Source: Saccostrea echinata | Lineage: Eukaryota | NCBI RefSeq assembly: GCF_033153115.1 | Contig: NW_026889778.1 | Location: 35,216,001-35,280,000 of the forward strand | DNA: 64,000 nt | Reading direction: 5' to 3' | Shown here: positions 62,398-64,000 of the stretch, piece by piece | Numbering within the stretch: position 1 is the stretch's first letter | Layout: each line of letters begins with the position of its first letter | Program-made: the position numbers and the translations under genes | Notes under the pieces: model-generated | The model's database searches: none | What the model saw: only the letters and a program-made list of their open reading frames with translations | What the model was told of the DNA's origin: nothing

Positions 62398-64000
62398 TGG
62401 AAAATACAGGCTCATTTGTAATTTGAAGTATTTGAATCAATACATTCAATACCATCATTTTAAAATGGATTCACTGTTTTCAGTGTTACGCATGATAACA
62501 CCGGGATGTTATATGGCTTCCATTGATCTCAAAGATGCTTATTACAGCATACCGGTATCTAAGAATTAACACAAATATTTAAAATTTTATTGGAACTCAA
62601 AACTTTACAAATATAGAGCGTGACTCCTATAGCACTATGTATGAGTCCTTAAGATTATTTACAAAAGTGTTGAAACCAGTTTTTGCAGGGCTTAGAAAAT
62701 CTGGACACCAGACTGTCACTTATATTGATGACATTTACTTACAAGGGGATACTGTTGAATTATGCAATCAAAATGTGATTGATACATCAAATATTTTAAA
62801 CAAATGTGGTTTTGTCATTAACCCTGAAAAATCTGTATTGAATGCCCGTCAATGATTTGAATACTTGGGGTTTGTTTAGAATTCTAGAGAAATGACAGTG
62901 TCTATCACAAATCAGAAAGCAGAGAAAATCATAGGCCTTTGCAAAGAATTTCTTTTAAATGTAAGAAAAATACCATCAGAGATCTTAGTACCTTCATAGG
63001 TAATTTAGTGGCAAGTTTCCCAGCTAAAACACATGGTAAGCTATTCTATAGACAATTAGAAAATGAAAAAATAGAGGCTTTCAAGGAGGCAAGAGGTCAA
63101 TTTGATGCTTGGGTTCATTTATCTGATTTGGCCAAAAAGGATTTATATTAGTGGTAAAGTAATATCTTAGTTTCCAAAGCCCCTATTACAAGAGGTCAAG
63201 CTGATCTGATAATTGAAAAAGATGCTAGTTTGAGGTGTTGCGGTTGGAATTGCTCAATATATCAGCAAGTGGCCCTTGGAAAGAAAATGAATCAATTTAT
63301 AATATTAATGTTCTGGAACTTCAAGCTGTATATTTTGCATTACAGGCACTGTGTAATGATAAGCGCAATATTTCTTTACATTTATTAATTGATAATACAC
63401 CTGGTGTAGCATATGTTAGGGAACAAGATGGAAGTCGTTCCATAGAATGTAATAAAATGGCTAGAAAAATCTGGATGTGAGCATATGACAGAAATACATG
63501 GCTTTCTTCTGCTCACATTCCGGGGAATACAAATTATACAGCTGATTTTGAAAGCAGAAATTTTAGACAAGAAAATGAATGGATGCTTGAGAAAAAGTAT
63601 TTCAAGCTGCAATTTCAAAATTGAATTTCAAGCATGAAATTGATTTATTTGCTTCACGCAATAATTGTCAAATAGAACAAATTGTTTCATGGAAACCAGA
63701 ACCTGAATCATACGCAATTGATGCATTTTCTATTTCTTGGTCTAATATTAAATTGTACTTCTTTCCACCCTTCAGTGTAATACCAACACTTTTGCAGAAA
63801 ATGGTAGTGGAAAAAGCAAAGGGAATATTAGTTATGCCAAATTAGTCCACTCAACCATACTATGCAAAAGTCATGAAGATGTTGATAGCAAAGCGACTGT
63901 ATGTTCACAGGCGCAAAACATTACTACAGTAGCCAGAGCGAAATCCACAAAATCTGGGACAAATTGGACATGCTTATATTCCTATTATCAGGAGATCGAT
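60790..64000 (+). mobile_element. DIRS-type (tyrosine recombinase class) retrotransposon, decayed, running beyond the window
   Basis: gag-like VPKVNKEIW...LLFGDDL; RT YRLICNLKYLN, HHFKMD, SIDLKDAYYSIP, YIDD; RNase H INVLELQAV, IDN; methyltransferase-like IDLFAS...DAFSISW...FPPF; many stops and frameshifts. Confidence 0.85.

Overview
AT-rich animal genomic DNA, very probably an oyster (Ostreidae), judged from a Cg170-like 166-bp satellite inside Helentron-type elements and typical oyster SINE and Penelope-like repeats. One host gene runs on the minus strand across most of the window. It encodes a VWD + EGF domain (VWDE-like) extracellular protein, with 12 well-supported exons and compatible splice phases from 58591 down to about 2842, plus a weaker exon at 1818-1887. 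Its 31.6-kb intron (9770-41395) is a deeply nested transposon stack. One nest is a 12-kb CACTA element (TTA TSD) holding an RTEX LINE with an intact ORF2, a Penelope fragment, a SINE and a satellite array. Another is an 11-kb Tc1/mariner-type TIR element (TA TSD) holding an 8.2-kb IS3EU-type transposon (6-bp TSD, palindromic subterminal arrays, two convergent genes), which itself holds Crypton-like hairpin elements. A decayed Tc1 lies in the same intron. Another intron holds a 2.8-kb non-autonomous BEL/Pao LTR element with three 130-140-bp LTRs, in which pol is replaced in frame by an intronless coiled-coil segment resembling host CCDC150; this is the most unusual item. A decayed DIRS-type retrotransposon starts near 60.8 kb and runs off the window. 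Five N gaps are present. Family assignments come from motif recall, not database searches.
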